Origin: Candidatus Scalinduaceae bacterium
GTDB taxonomy: Bacteria > Planctomycetota > Brocadiia > Brocadiales > Scalinduaceae
Direction: 5' to 3'
NCBI GenBank assembly: GCA_046759445.1
Contig: JBHICG010000024.1
Span: 1 to 46,868, forward strand
DNA: 46,868 bases
Of the stretch, positions 29,535 to 39,606 are shown one piece after another; position 1 is the stretch's first letter, and the number at the start of each line of letters is the position of its first letter. The position numbers and the translations under genes were made by a program. A model generated the notes under the pieces. It saw only the letters and a list, made by a program, of their open reading frames with translations. It was not told the origin of the DNA and did not search any database.

Positions 29535-29865
29535 GATATGTCTCCTTTATATCGTATATGACGATTATTTTCAGATAACTGTTTAGATGTATAAAGAAAC
29601 AAAGAATAAGTTTTTCTTTATCTTTTTGTGGTTTGGTAATGAAGTTGAAGCGGTAAATTTATGATCTTTATAGTTGAATCATACTCTAAGCTTTTATGAT
29701 AAAAAAGTAAAGAGTATTCATAGTAAGCATAAGAGTTGGTTTATGATAGTAATAACCCATGGTAAGACAATTAAGAATTGATCATATGGGGGCTTATGTA
29801 ATATAAATCTGTTTGATTATCCTTAAATCAGCTTTCTGTCAGCTATCTTGAAGTTATGAGACGCT

Positions 29866-31569
29866 TTACCTCAAAAACTTTTTGGCATCGTCAATCATCT
29901 CTTTGGCCTGTCTTCTAGTTACGTTAGTCTTTTCTGTTCCCCTGATCATTTCTGCAATCTCTTCGAGACGTTCCTTTGCTGAAAGTGTTTTTATGTTTAC
30001 AAACGTCTTATCATTCTTAGCAAATTTATTGACCTTAAAATGCTGTTCTGCATAACTGGCTATCTGTGGCAGGTGAGTAATGCAAACAATTTGATGAGAT
30101 TGAGAAACCAACTTTAATTTTTCGCCAATTATTCGTCCCATTCGGCCTCCAATATTTGCATCTATTTCATCAAATATCAGGACTGGCGTTTGATCCGCTA
30201 TTGCTAAATGCCGCTTAAGCGCCAGCATTATCCTGGAGATTTCTCCACCTGATGCAATCTTCCTGAGAGGCTTGATCTCTTCACCAGGATTAGATGAGAA
30301 CATAAATTCAACATGGTCAAATCCTGAGCTGCTGGCATCATCTAATTTAAAATTGTCTATCTCAACCGTATTAATTGTTGAGATATTAATTTTAAATCTT
30401 CCATTAGTAATACCCAGATCAGCCAATTCCTCCTTGATAAGGATAGAAAGTTTTGCGCCTGCCTTCTTGCGCAATTGAGTCAGTTTTTTGCCAGAATCTA
30501 TAACCGATTTTTTCAAATGTTCCAGTTCTTTTTCTATAATATCAAGGTCTTCGTTTTCCTGCAAAAGTTGTTCTAGCTTAACTTTCGATTCTTTGCAATA
30601 AGAAATGATATCCTCCATTGTTTTACCATATTTACTTTTAAGACGTCGAATGGTTTCCAGCCGTTCCTCTATTTGTCGTAATCGTTCAGGATCAAATTCA
30701 TAACTGTCTATGTCATTTCTTAATGTTACGGCCACGTCTTCCAATTGATAAATGGATTGATTACATATCTCCAGGTGGTTATCAAAACTCTTATCAATGC
30801 CCTTGATCTTGTTCAGTTCATTTACAACCTCTCTTAATCTTGCAATTATGGAATTATCTGATTCATATAAACTGTTAGAACAATATGTTAGCGCATTTTG
30901 TATCTTCTCCGAGTTAGCAAGGATGTTGCGTTCTTCTTCCAGGGTTTCTAATTCATCAGGTTTTAGGTAGGCGCCTTCAATTTCACTGATCTCATAATTG
31001 TAAAGTTCTATCTGTTTTTTCCTTGCTTCTTGATTGTTTTTTAATGACTGTAATAGTTTTTCCTTCTCAATTGCATTTCTGTAAATAACTGTGAATTTCG
31101 TCCGAAGGGCATCTAATTTCCCGAAGCCATCAAGGATGACGAGTTGATTAATGGGACTTGTTAACGACTCATGTTCATGTTGACCATGGATGTTGACGAG
31201 GAGTTCTCCAATCTCTTTTAATAGAGATACGGTAATAGGTTGATTATTAAGCCTGCATCTGTTGCGTCCATTCTGGTCTAGGCTCCTTTGAATGATGATT
31301 TCTTCATCGTTCAAATTATCTATACGTTGTTTTATGTCTTCTTGAATATGTTTGTTATTGATGATAAAAACCCCGCTTACGGTAACATCTTTATTGTTAT
31401 CTCTGACAATTTCATTTGTTGCTCGGCTTCCAAGGAGAAAATTCAATGCTCCGATTATGAGTGATTTGCCGACACCAGTAGTACCCGTAAAGATATTGAG
31501 GCCTTTGTCAAATTTAATTGTGATATCATCAATAAGGGCAAAATTGGAGACGTAAAGTTCGCTTAACAT
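29866..31569 (-). CDS. recN: DNA repair protein RecN
   Basis: TGTTGVGKS, IHGQHEH, ASGGEISRIMLALK, FDEIDA and ITHLPQIA motifs. Confidence 0.97.
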   Translation of the reverse strand: MLSELYVSNFALIDDITIKFDKGLNIFTGTTGVGKSLIIGALNFLLGSRATNEIVRDNNKDVTVSGVFIINNKHIQEDIKQRIDNLNDEEIIIQRSLDQNGRNRCRLNNQPITVSLLKEIGELLVNIHGQHEHESLTSPINQLVILDGFGKLDALRTKFTVIYRNAIEKEKLLQSLKNNQEARKKQIELYNYEISEIEGAYLKPDELETLEEERNILANSEKIQNALTYCSNSLYESDNSIIARLREVVNELNKIKGIDKSFDNHLEICNQSIYQLEDVAVTLRNDIDSYEFDPERLRQIEERLETIRRLKSKYGKTMEDIISYCKESKVKLEQLLQENEDLDIIEKELEHLKKSVIDSGKKLTQLRKKAGAKLSILIKEELADLGITNGRFKINISTINTVEIDNFKLDDASSSGFDHVEFMFSSNPGEEIKPLRKIASGGEISRIMLALKRHLAIADQTPVLIFDEIDANIGGRMGRIIGEKLKLVSQSHQIVCITHLPQIASYAEQHFKVNKFAKNDKTFVNIKTLSAKERLEEIAEMIRGTEKTNVTRRQAKEMIDDAKKFLR

Positions 31570-31682
31570 AAATTAGTTCACTCCGTTCACTAATTTATCC
31601 CATTTGCTTCGCAAAAATGAGTTATAGGAATTTTCATTTTGTGTAGCAAAATGCCATAAATTAGCTACTGAAGATAATTTAT
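31568..31682. repeat. Inverted doublet of hairpins overlapping the recN translation start
   Basis: ataaattag..ctaatttat + catttgcttcgcaaaaatg mirrored by cattttgtgtagcaaaatg + ataaattag..taatttat. Confidence 0.6.
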
Positions 31683-31997
31683 AATAATAAAAATCTTTAT
31701 GTTTGCCAGAAAAATTCGCCAATACTATTTTTAAAAGCCCTTTATTGATAAATAGAGAAGTAATAAATGTATTATTTGTTAATTGACATTTTATATAAAG
31801 AAAATTGCTTTGTTGAAGACAAAAAGAAATGAGTATGTTGAAAAATCATAAGGATGGATACTTCAAAATTAAATAGGTATGGCTTGCTTCATGAGAAGAC
31901 GTAATCTTTAAAAGAAGGTAAAAATCAAACACAGGAAAAAGAAATATTTGTTAGGGAAGCATTTTTTTTTGCATAAGACGTATCCGAATAAACTAGT

Positions 31998-32360
31998 TCA
32001 AGTGGGAACGACTTCTATAAGGTTAATAACAAAAGTCACACTCGATTCCGAGATATCAGCCACTCCGACCAAGATTGTTTCACCATTATCTTGAATGATT
32101 TGTAACTGGTGACCTACTTACGGTCCTATATGTTCCGGAAAATGGTTTCGATCTATAGACTGTACCAATTTTACAGTGTAGACCATACGCTTTATCTTCA
32201 GGTACCGTGGTCGTTTTCGGTTCTCCCGGATTCATTCCAATTACGGCTTGCTCAAAGCCCGAAATTACTTGGCCCTTACCTAACGTGAACTGCAGGGGAT
32301 CGCGGCCATTGAAGGAGTCAAAAACTGTGCCATCCTCCAATTTGCCTGTGTAATTCTTTC
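31998..32360 (-). pseudogene. slyD: FKBP-type PPIase (SlyD-like) pseudogene
   Basis: YTGKLEDGTVFDS...GFEQAVIGM...AYG, then a frameshift to LVQSIDRNHFPEHIGP*VGHQLQI...ISESSVTFVINLIEVVPT*. Internal stop, missing D.NHPLAG segment and missing N-terminus. Confidence 0.85.
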
Positions 32361-32514
32361 TTCCTCTCAGTTTTGTGATTATTACAATTAAATTAATAAT
32401 CAGAATAACGTTTTGTATGTTTGCAGAGTGCTGTAGGCAATTTATACAAAGTTTAGCTACATACACTCTGCTAGGCTAGTTTTATTCTGGCTATATTTAT
32501 ACGAATGACGCTTG

Positions 32515-32835
32515 CTAGTAACGTCGCCCACCACCCGGTCTTCCTCCACCCGGTCTTCCACCACCTGGTCTTCCACCACCTCGATGGCCTTCGGTGCGGG
32601 GGCGAGCCTCATTAACATTAAGCGTTCGTCCCTTCAAGTCTTTGCCATTCATGCCATCGATCGCAGCCTGGGCTTCAGCTTTTGCTTGCATTTCCACGAA
32701 TCCAAATCCTCTTGGTTCGCCAGTGAACTTATCCTTTATAATAGTGGCGGATGTGACTTGCCCAAAGGCTTCAAAAGCTTCACGCAAATCATCTTCGGTT
32801 ACATTCCGCGATAAATTGCCGACATATATATTCAT
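32515..32835 (-). CDS. RRM RNA-binding protein with GGGRP-repeat tail
   Basis: RNP2 IYVGNL and RNP1 RGFGFVEM; 15-bp coding tandem repeat at about 32531-32580. Confidence 0.95.
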   Translation of the reverse strand: MNIYVGNLSRNVTEDDLREAFEAFGQVTSATIIKDKFTGEPRGFGFVEMQAKAEAQAAIDGMNGKDLKGRTLNVNEARPRTEGHRGGGRPGGGRPGGGRPGGGRRY

Positions 32836-33622
32836 AATTTTTCTCCGTTTTTTTATTATTATTTAAAATATAATGAGTACTAAGGAACTTATTTGCATCC
32901 GAGTGTTCGGATGTGCAACTCTTCACTCCTGCATATTCGACAAAACGGCTTTAGCGGAAAAGATCCGTGTATAAATGACTTCAGTCGAGTAAGCAAAGTG
33001 GGGCATGTACATAACTATCTTATACCTCCTTTCTCTGATGTAAGTTTAGCTCTTTCAATAAACTTGTATAACTTTATATGTACCTAAACAAATTCTTTTG
33101 TTGTGGTTATTAAATAATGGTTAGAACAAATTACGGTAGAGAGATATTTTCGGATTTACCTGGATTCTTTGATAGTCTTTGGATACCTTGCAAATAACAA
33201 AGGTAGTTATTTTAGCTGAGATGTGCTTACTCTAAAGGCAGGGACTATATAATGTATTCTCCCTTGAAAAACTACTATGTGTTACTATTTTCTCATCCAA
33301 ATATGAAAGATTCTGCTATTTACTTCTTTTTGAGATTTATGATTTTTAAGGATTGTTCATTTTTATACAAGTATCATACAGCAAAAAACCAAGCATTCTT
33401 ATCTACTGTATCTTTCTTATTATTTACCTGAATAACATAGTCTGGCAATATTGGATAAGTTTGTAGTTAAGATATAGCTTTAAACCTTCAAGGTTGTTAA
33501 AAGTGTATCAGCTAGATATAATATAGTCAATCACTTTTTTAGTATCTCTTTAATATTGTTAACAATATGATAAAAACTTTTGTACAATATGAGAAGCTGA
33601 CTATTAAAAATAGACCTATTGC

Positions 33623-35728
33623 TTAATGGGACACAACAGTTTCAGATTCCTTGATGTGTATTGCTTCATTCAATTCTTTCAATAATTGGTCTAAATCAGT
33701 AGGGTTTATCTTCACTGCCTGCCCTATATTTACGGCTCTTGTGAGAGTATTTCTAAGAACTGGATTTTTGAGTTGTTTAAAACCTTTACTTACAAGAACG
33801 TCTATTGCCTGAGGATGTTGTTTGATAAGTTGATACACATTTGTTGATGCTGTAACAGTCGTTATCTTCTCATGTGTTGTGTCGCCTTCAGCAACACCTT
33901 TCTTACCTGTACTTATGGTCATCCATATGTTAATTCCAAAGAGTAGGATAGCAAAACTCTCAATAAATCCACTTATTCCCATTAGCATAAATGGAAAGGT
34001 TTCGCCTGTATGTACGGCAATCGGTTGAAAAACGACCCTTATTGTGCTACCTAAATTTATGAGAACAAATATTACTGTTAAATACGAATAACTAAAAAGC
34101 TTTATACCCAGACTAATAGGGATAATCCTTGATGCGTATCCGAAAATCATTATAGTTATAAATCCTACAGTGACAGCGTGTCTGTATGCACCCATCAAGG
34201 CATGTGAAACAGCCTCCCTTGTAGTTGTTTCATAAAAAGTAAAGGTTAATAAGGCAACCTCGGCTACAATCAACCACAAAAGCGCTGCCCAGACGAATTT
34301 TTCATAACTCCTTTCAACCTCTATATCAGAATAATCAACCTCTGGTTTCTTTAATAAATTTAGATTATAAAGGAATAAGAAAACTGATATAAACTCAAGA
34401 CAGCCTGAGATAAAAAATAGAGTATTTAAGGCATAGAAAGCAGGAAGGTTTATGTCCAAAAAGTATGTCTTCAATGGTTCAGACACTGCCCTTACCAATA
34501 CAGAAAAGTTTAACATTAACATAATAACAAGGTTTATTTTAGGATTTGGAGCTTTTAAACCAAAAAAGGCTGGTATGGTCCTGGTTAGCACACCAAATAT
34601 TACAAACGTTATGAACCCCATTACTTGTATATGGCGTAATGGACTTATTAGTGCGTGTGGCATACTCGTCTTGTCAGTAGCAATTAGATAAAAAGTTATA
34701 CCCGTAAGCATCAATACTTGAACAAGGAACCACAGATAACCTGATATTATAAACCCCTCGTAAGTTTCCAGTTCTTGCTTTTCAGCGGATAGGATTGTCT
34801 TTAATACAACGATTAGAAAAATAATTACGGCTGATACCTCTAGTAAACATCCTGATATAATCAACATCTTAAAGAAGGAAAAATTTAGAAGCGGGAGAAT
34901 AGAACGGAAAAAGAATATGAGAAGTATACCTGCAGCCATAAGATAGAAGGACAGATTTGCGAGCTTTCCACTATATAGACGTGTAGCATAGAACCTCGGG
35001 AGTACGAAATATGATATGCCCATAATAAAAAGTCCAACCCAGCCAAAGATTTGCGTATGAGCGTGAGTCTCTATCAATACCCTCGAGACAGAATAAAGAG
35101 AGTGTTGAATTCCCATATAAAAAAGTAATATGGCCCCATAAACACACCCGGTAGTTAATGCGATGAAAATTGCTGTCTTTATAAATTTTTCATATATATT
35201 TTCGTATGCTCCACCCGTAGTTTCCTCAGTTATTGCAGAAGCTTCTACTTTCCCTTGAACAACATCATTGAGTTCCGTTATCAATTTATCAGCATCAACA
35301 TTATGCACCTTGGCAAAGAAATATACAGCTTCCTCAGGACCATACTCACCACCGCACTCGAGTAGACCATATTTCGAAAAGACACCTTTAGTTTGTGGAT
35401 ACTTTATTATAATGTCTTTTAATGTCATCTCTCTTGTTATTTCTTCTTTCTCCGCCACACCGGATTCTGTAGCAGTAGTCGTTTCTTTGCTTTCTTCTTT
35501 AACTATGTCTTTGTCTACATCGGTCTCCTCAGGGATGGACTTGTTAAGTGCATCAAGAAACTCTTCAAGATTTACATTACATGCTGCTGCAGTCTTTTCA
35601 ATACTTTGCACACCACCGCAACATGTATCAACGCCATACCTGGTGAATATTTCTGAAGTTTGTGGATATTTGTTTATAACACTATCAACAATCATATCCT
35701 TTGTAATCTTATGAATTTTCTCGCTCAT
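33623..35728 (-). CDS. 2x ScdA_N/DUF542-like + NnrS-like membrane domain + DUF1858-like protein
   Basis: YPQTSEIFTRYGVDTCCGG and YPQTKGVFSKYGLLECGG; HAHTQIFGW, RHIQVMGF and RHAVTVGF membrane His motifs; HPQAIDVLVSKGFKQLKNP. Confidence 0.8.
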   Translation of the reverse strand: MSEKIHKITKDMIVDSVINKYPQTSEIFTRYGVDTCCGGVQSIEKTAAACNVNLEEFLDALNKSIPEETDVDKDIVKEESKETTTATESGVAEKEEITREMTLKDIIIKYPQTKGVFSKYGLLECGGEYGPEEAVYFFAKVHNVDADKLITELNDVVQGKVEASAITEETTGGAYENIYEKFIKTAIFIALTTGCVYGAILLFYMGIQHSLYSVSRVLIETHAHTQIFGWVGLFIMGISYFVLPRFYATRLYSGKLANLSFYLMAAGILLIFFFRSILPLLNFSFFKMLIISGCLLEVSAVIIFLIVVLKTILSAEKQELETYEGFIISGYLWFLVQVLMLTGITFYLIATDKTSMPHALISPLRHIQVMGFITFVIFGVLTRTIPAFFGLKAPNPKINLVIMLMLNFSVLVRAVSEPLKTYFLDINLPAFYALNTLFFISGCLEFISVFLFLYNLNLLKKPEVDYSDIEVERSYEKFVWAALLWLIVAEVALLTFTFYETTTREAVSHALMGAYRHAVTVGFITIMIFGYASRIIPISLGIKLFSYSYLTVIFVLINLGSTIRVVFQPIAVHTGETFPFMLMGISGFIESFAILLFGINIWMTISTGKKGVAEGDTTHEKITTVTASTNVYQLIKQHPQAIDVLVSKGFKQLKNPVLRNTLTRAVNIGQAVKINPTDLDQLLKELNEAIHIKESETVVSH

Positions 35729-35950
35729 TTAGAATTTATTCCTTTCATGAAATAATACAAATTTTCTACATTTAACGAAAATTGTTTATCATCTGACGAA
35801 TAAGTATATATCATACAGCTAGAACATGTCAAACCCATTCTTAAGGTAAACTCCAGCAAAAAACACTTGTAATATTATCAATCATGTGATTTTATTGAGA
35901 CCATTAATTTTAATTTAAATAGACATGTAAGTCTGGGCTAATACTATAAT

Positions 35951-36478
35951 ATGGAAAGAGGGTTAATAATAGTTTACACTGGTAATGGTAAAGGAAAGAC
36001 AACGGCTGCAATGGGGTCAGCGCTTAGAGCCGTTGGTCAGGGGTTAAAGGTCATAATGCTTCAATTCATAAAAGGCACCTGGGATTATGGTGAGCTTGAA
36101 TCAATTAAAAGGCTTGAACCAGATTTTATTATTCAACCTCTTGGTAAGGGTTTTATCCATGGAAATTCGAAGTTGGATGATAAAGAAGTTAGAGAGAATA
36201 TTTCTCTGTCATGGAAACGTACTCAGAAAGAGATACTATCAGATAGATATGACATGATTATACTTGACGAGATTAATTATGTAATCAATTATGGTTTCTT
36301 GCGTGTTGAAGAAATATTAACATTACTTGAAAAAAGACCCAAAAGATTACACGTAATTCTGACAGGAAGAAACGCACATAAAAAAATAATTGAAAAAGCA
36401 GATTTGGTTACTGAAATGAATGAAATTAAACATCCCTATTCTCAAGGTGTAAAGGCTCAGAGGGGTATAGAGTTTTAG
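35951..36478 (+). CDS. cobO: Cob(I)yrinic acid a,c-diamide adenosyltransferase (CobO/BtuR)
   Basis: YTGNGKGKTTAA, QFIKG, ILDEI, LTGR and HPY...AQRGIEF motifs. Confidence 0.96.
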   Translation: MERGLIIVYTGNGKGKTTAAMGSALRAVGQGLKVIMLQFIKGTWDYGELESIKRLEPDFIIQPLGKGFIHGNSKLDDKEVRENISLSWKRTQKEILSDRYDMIILDEINYVINYGFLRVEEILTLLEKRPKRLHVILTGRNAHKKIIEKADLVTEMNEIKHPYSQGVKAQRGIEF

Positions 36479-36625
36479 GTGCATATTGCTACAATATCAA
36501 TAAAATGTTGTTGTTATTGTTTCAGATTTTGAGATTCAGATTTTTGTTATTTAACTTATTAAACTTGTACCATAGCAGTATATAAACTATTTTGTTATGT
36601 TTAGGCCAGTTTAGGTGATAATAAG

Positions 36626-37357
36626 ATGGGACAGGCTAACTTAAGAGTTATTTTGTTGAATCATACACAAGATCCTGAAGGCGTTATCGCGCATGCTGCG
36701 AAGTTGTGTTATAGTCCCTGTTCGGTAGAAGAATTAAAAGACAAGATTAAACAGTCCAACAATGTGAAGTTTATTGCAAAGCTCCTTAAAATGGGACATC
36801 TCTCACCATTAGAACATGCCTCTTTCACTTTTGGTGTTGAAGGAATATCGAGGGCATGTTCACATCAGCTAGTTAGACACAGGATTGCATCATACTCTCA
36901 ACAAAGCCAGAGGTACGTTGCCAAACGTAGCGGAGAGAAGAAAGATACATTTGATTTCATCATACCACCGAGCGTAGAAATCGCCGGCAAAAAGAAATGG
37001 TTTATTGAAAAGATGAAAGAGGTTCAGAAATGGTATGATGAACTTGTTGAATCATTGGGAGATTCTGGTGAAAAATCGAATGAAGACGCACGTTTTGTAC
37101 TGCCTAACGCAGCTGAAACCAAGATTATTATTACTATGAATGCTAGAGAATTACTCCATTTCTTCAGCGTACGATGTTGCAACCGTGCACAATGGGAGAT
37201 AAGAAACCTTGCGACAGAAATGCTGAAGTTAGCCAGAAAGATTGTTCCCAGCATCTTTTCAAAATCAGGCCCAAACTGCATAACCGGCCCCTGTACAGAA
37301 GGTGAGATGTATTGTGGGAAGATTGATGAAGTAAGAGAAAAGTTTAAAGGATTATAA
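36626..37357 (+). CDS. thyX: FAD-dependent thymidylate synthase
   Basis: GHLSPLEH, HQLVRHR...SQQSQRYV, EDARFVLP and RAQWEIR motifs. Confidence 0.97.
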   Translation: MGQANLRVILLNHTQDPEGVIAHAAKLCYSPCSVEELKDKIKQSNNVKFIAKLLKMGHLSPLEHASFTFGVEGISRACSHQLVRHRIASYSQQSQRYVAKRSGEKKDTFDFIIPPSVEIAGKKKWFIEKMKEVQKWYDELVESLGDSGEKSNEDARFVLPNAAETKIIITMNARELLHFFSVRCCNRAQWEIRNLATEMLKLARKIVPSIFSKSGPNCITGPCTEGEMYCGKIDEVREKFKGL

Positions 37358-37474
37358 TCTTGTTTTATGTTATAAATTAAATTGCACATTTTGAATTAGA
37401 TTTGAGAAAAATAACTATAACTGCACAGAGAACCTTCTTTCTGAAATAGAAAATAGAACAAATACTTTGGTAGT

Positions 37475-37990
37475 TTCCCTCCCCCTTGAGAGGCTGTGTC
37501 GCAATTGTCATCCCGCCCCCTCTGCTAGCTTGCGCTAGCAAGCTGAGGGGGTCGGGATCTCATAGGTTTTTAAGTAATTGAAATTATTAGATTCTGAAAT
37601 CGTAGATCCTGTTCTGAAACTAGTTCAGGATCATTCAGGACCTGGTTCAGGTGTGATTCTACTCACCTGTCCGAAGGACAGGCATAATCACCTAAGCAAT
37701 TCTGCTGTTGCAGAATTGCCAATGACATATTATGTGTCTTTTCTATTGTGACACAGTCTGTGATGGGGGAGGGTGGGGGCGATAGAAAGATCATTAACAG
37801 ATTTACTAACATTGCAAGAGTTTTAAGAAAAAGATCAACAAAAAAAGAAAGGTTCTTTTGGAGACATTTAAAGTCTAAACGATTAGAAGTAATAATAGAG
37901 AGTTGTCTCTGACCTTCGATCAGAGACAACTCTGATCGAAGGTCAGACTTAATCCACCCTCCCTAAACCTCTCCCATCAAGGGAGGGGAA
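37475..37990. repeat. Nested repeat complex between thyX and methionine synthase
   Basis: CCCTCCCCC/GGGGGAGGG palindrome split by a MITE; overlapping hairpins at 37899-37947; partner palindrome at 37954-37990. Confidence 0.7.
37490..37760. mobile_element. MITE with 15-bp imperfect TIRs and TGA target-site duplication
   Basis: aggctgtgtcgcaat (37491-37505) / attgtgacacagtct (37745-37759), 13/15 match; TGA at 37487-37489 and 37761-37763. Removing it restores cccccttgatggggg. Confidence 0.75.
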
Positions 37991-38038
37991 TAAACTAGGG
38001 TTTCATTATTGTCAAATATAAATTAAGGAGCTAATTTA

Positions 38039-39088
38039 TTGTTTAAGGGAAATTTTTCAGCAACGGCAATCGGTAGTCTCCCTCACAAAGATGTTAATGA
38101 TGCATGTAATCTCTTCTTGAAAACACTAAATGAGATTCCGTGCTGGCCGCAACTTCCTAACAGGGATATGAGAGAGGAAATGTGCGTTCAATATACAGAG
38201 GGACTACCGTATCTGAAGCTTTACCCGGAGGATAACAAGATTTACATTGACATACCTGACAACAATACTGACGAACTAGAGGAATTTTATAATAAATATT
38301 TATCTGAAGACATAGAACTTTTTCCAATTAGTAAAAATTATTCTATTGGATTTCCAAATATGATTACGCTTCTTCAAGAGAAAAGACCTGTGGGTATGAA
38401 CGCTATCAAAGGGCAAATAGTAGGGCCTATTACACTTGCAGGTACCATCAAAGATCAAGACAACATTCCTATACTTCACAACTCAGTACTTTTCGATGCA
38501 GTCGTAAAATTGCTTGCGATGAAGGCCTGCTGGCAAATTGAAGAGTTTTCTAAGTTTGATATTCCTAAGATAATATTTCTTGATGAACCTTATCTATCGA
38601 GCTATGGTTCTGCGTTTGCGAGTTTAAAAAAAGAACAAATTGTTGAATCGCTAAATGAGATATTTCAGGCAATCCACAACCGTCATGCATTAGCAGGTAT
38701 ACATTGTTGCGGGAATACAGACTGGCCTATGCTTATGGAGACTCATGTAGACATTGTAAGCTTTGATGCCTATGGTTATATGGAAAAGATGCTCATATAT
38801 AGACAAGAAATAAATTCTTTTCTTAAAAGAGGCGGCATCATAGCATGGGGAATTGTCCCTACTTCCCACAGCGTTAATGAGGTTACAATAGGCAGCTTGA
38901 TTGAAAAACTCGAATCAGCCATTGATTATTTGGTGAATAGTGGCATTGAGCGAAGATTGATAATTGAAAACTCCTTAATAACTCCTAGTTGTGGTACGGG
39001 AACGATGCCTTTAGAAGAAGCCGAAAAAGCAATGGTCCTGACTCACGATGTCTCATTTAAGATTAAGAAGAAATATGAGATATCATGA
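38039..39088 (+). CDS. Single-barrel (core) methionine synthase, MetE C-terminal-like
   Basis: TAIGSLP, KGQIVGPIT, FLDEP, GIHCCG, AWGIVP and TPSCG motifs; TTG start after AAGGAG. Confidence 0.85.
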   Translation: MFKGNFSATAIGSLPHKDVNDACNLFLKTLNEIPCWPQLPNRDMREEMCVQYTEGLPYLKLYPEDNKIYIDIPDNNTDELEEFYNKYLSEDIELFPISKNYSIGFPNMITLLQEKRPVGMNAIKGQIVGPITLAGTIKDQDNIPILHNSVLFDAVVKLLAMKACWQIEEFSKFDIPKIIFLDEPYLSSYGSAFASLKKEQIVESLNEIFQAIHNRHALAGIHCCGNTDWPMLMETHVDIVSFDAYGYMEKMLIYRQEINSFLKRGGIIAWGIVPTSHSVNEVTIGSLIEKLESAIDYLVNSGIERRLIIENSLITPSCGTGTMPLEEAEKAMVLTHDVSFKIKKKYEIS

Positions 39089-39128
39089 GTAGGTAAATGT
39101 AAGAAGTGACCCTTTTTACCTAAATTAT

Positions 39129-39157
39129 TTGACAGATATTAGTTTAAAAAGTAGAAT
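39129..39157 (+). promoter_or_regulatory. Sigma-70 promoter upstream of riboswitch 1
   Basis: TTGACA-17 nt-TAGAAT. Confidence 0.75.
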
Positions 39158-39203
39158 TAGTCACTAATTAAACGCTCTTTTACTTGTGAATTTTTAGTAA
39201 TAT

Positions 39204-39432
39204 GGTTACAGGTTAAGCCTATTTCTTAAAAGCTAAGAATCAGGTTATGAAAAGGGAATCCCGTCTAAAAGAGGGAACGGACCCGCCGCTGTAATCGATG
39301 ACGAAAATTGCCATGCTGCACAACTTCGTTGTGCAGCCGTATACCACTATCCCGCTCTTTCGATAAGAAAGGGCGGGGTGGGAAGGTGCAATGAGTAGGA
39401 TGATTCGATAGTCAGAAGACCTGCCTGTAATT
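39204..39432 (+). ncRNA. Cobalamin riboswitch 1
   Basis: ttacagg/cctgtaa P1; AAAAGGGAA, CCCGCCGCTGTAA, CCACT, GGGAAGG and AGTCAGAAGACCTGCC (B12 box). Confidence 0.93.
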
Positions 39433-39505
39433 GCTTCACGTGTTCTTCGATGGTAAAGAAGGTGAAGGTGATAAAAGCTTCTGTACGCATAGGTGACAGT
39501 TTAAT

Positions 39506-39546
39506 AGCCCGTACCTTCTTACAATCAAAGGATACGGGCTTTTTTA
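39506..39546 (+). terminator. Intrinsic terminator (riboswitch 1 expression platform)
   Basis: agcccgta...tacgggct followed by a T tract. Confidence 0.85.
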
Positions 39547-39606
39547 TTTTAAGGAGGAGGTGATGCTGTAAAAACTTTGCAACCTACATTGCTAAAATAA
39601 TATAAC

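Noticed and set aside
29550..29865. Autoregulatory ECF promoter upstream of the sigma gene
   Set aside because: An AAACTT...TCTAA pair exists on the minus strand, but the spacing is too long and no matching motif was found before the other cluster genes.
32531..32580. 15-bp tandem repeat as possible CRISPR or VNTR system
   Set aside because: No spacers; it simply encodes the GGGRP tail of the RRM protein.
32836..33087. Structured leader RNA or small ORF upstream of the RRM gene
   Set aside because: GC-richer than its surroundings, but no family motif could be supported by eye.
35860..35900. FNR/CRP-like box between the NnrS-like gene and cobO
   Set aside because: ttgtaatattatcaa has the wrong spacing and a weak half-site.
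37663..37929. 88-aa minus-strand ORF
   Set aside because: Lies across nested repeats and has no recognisable protein features.
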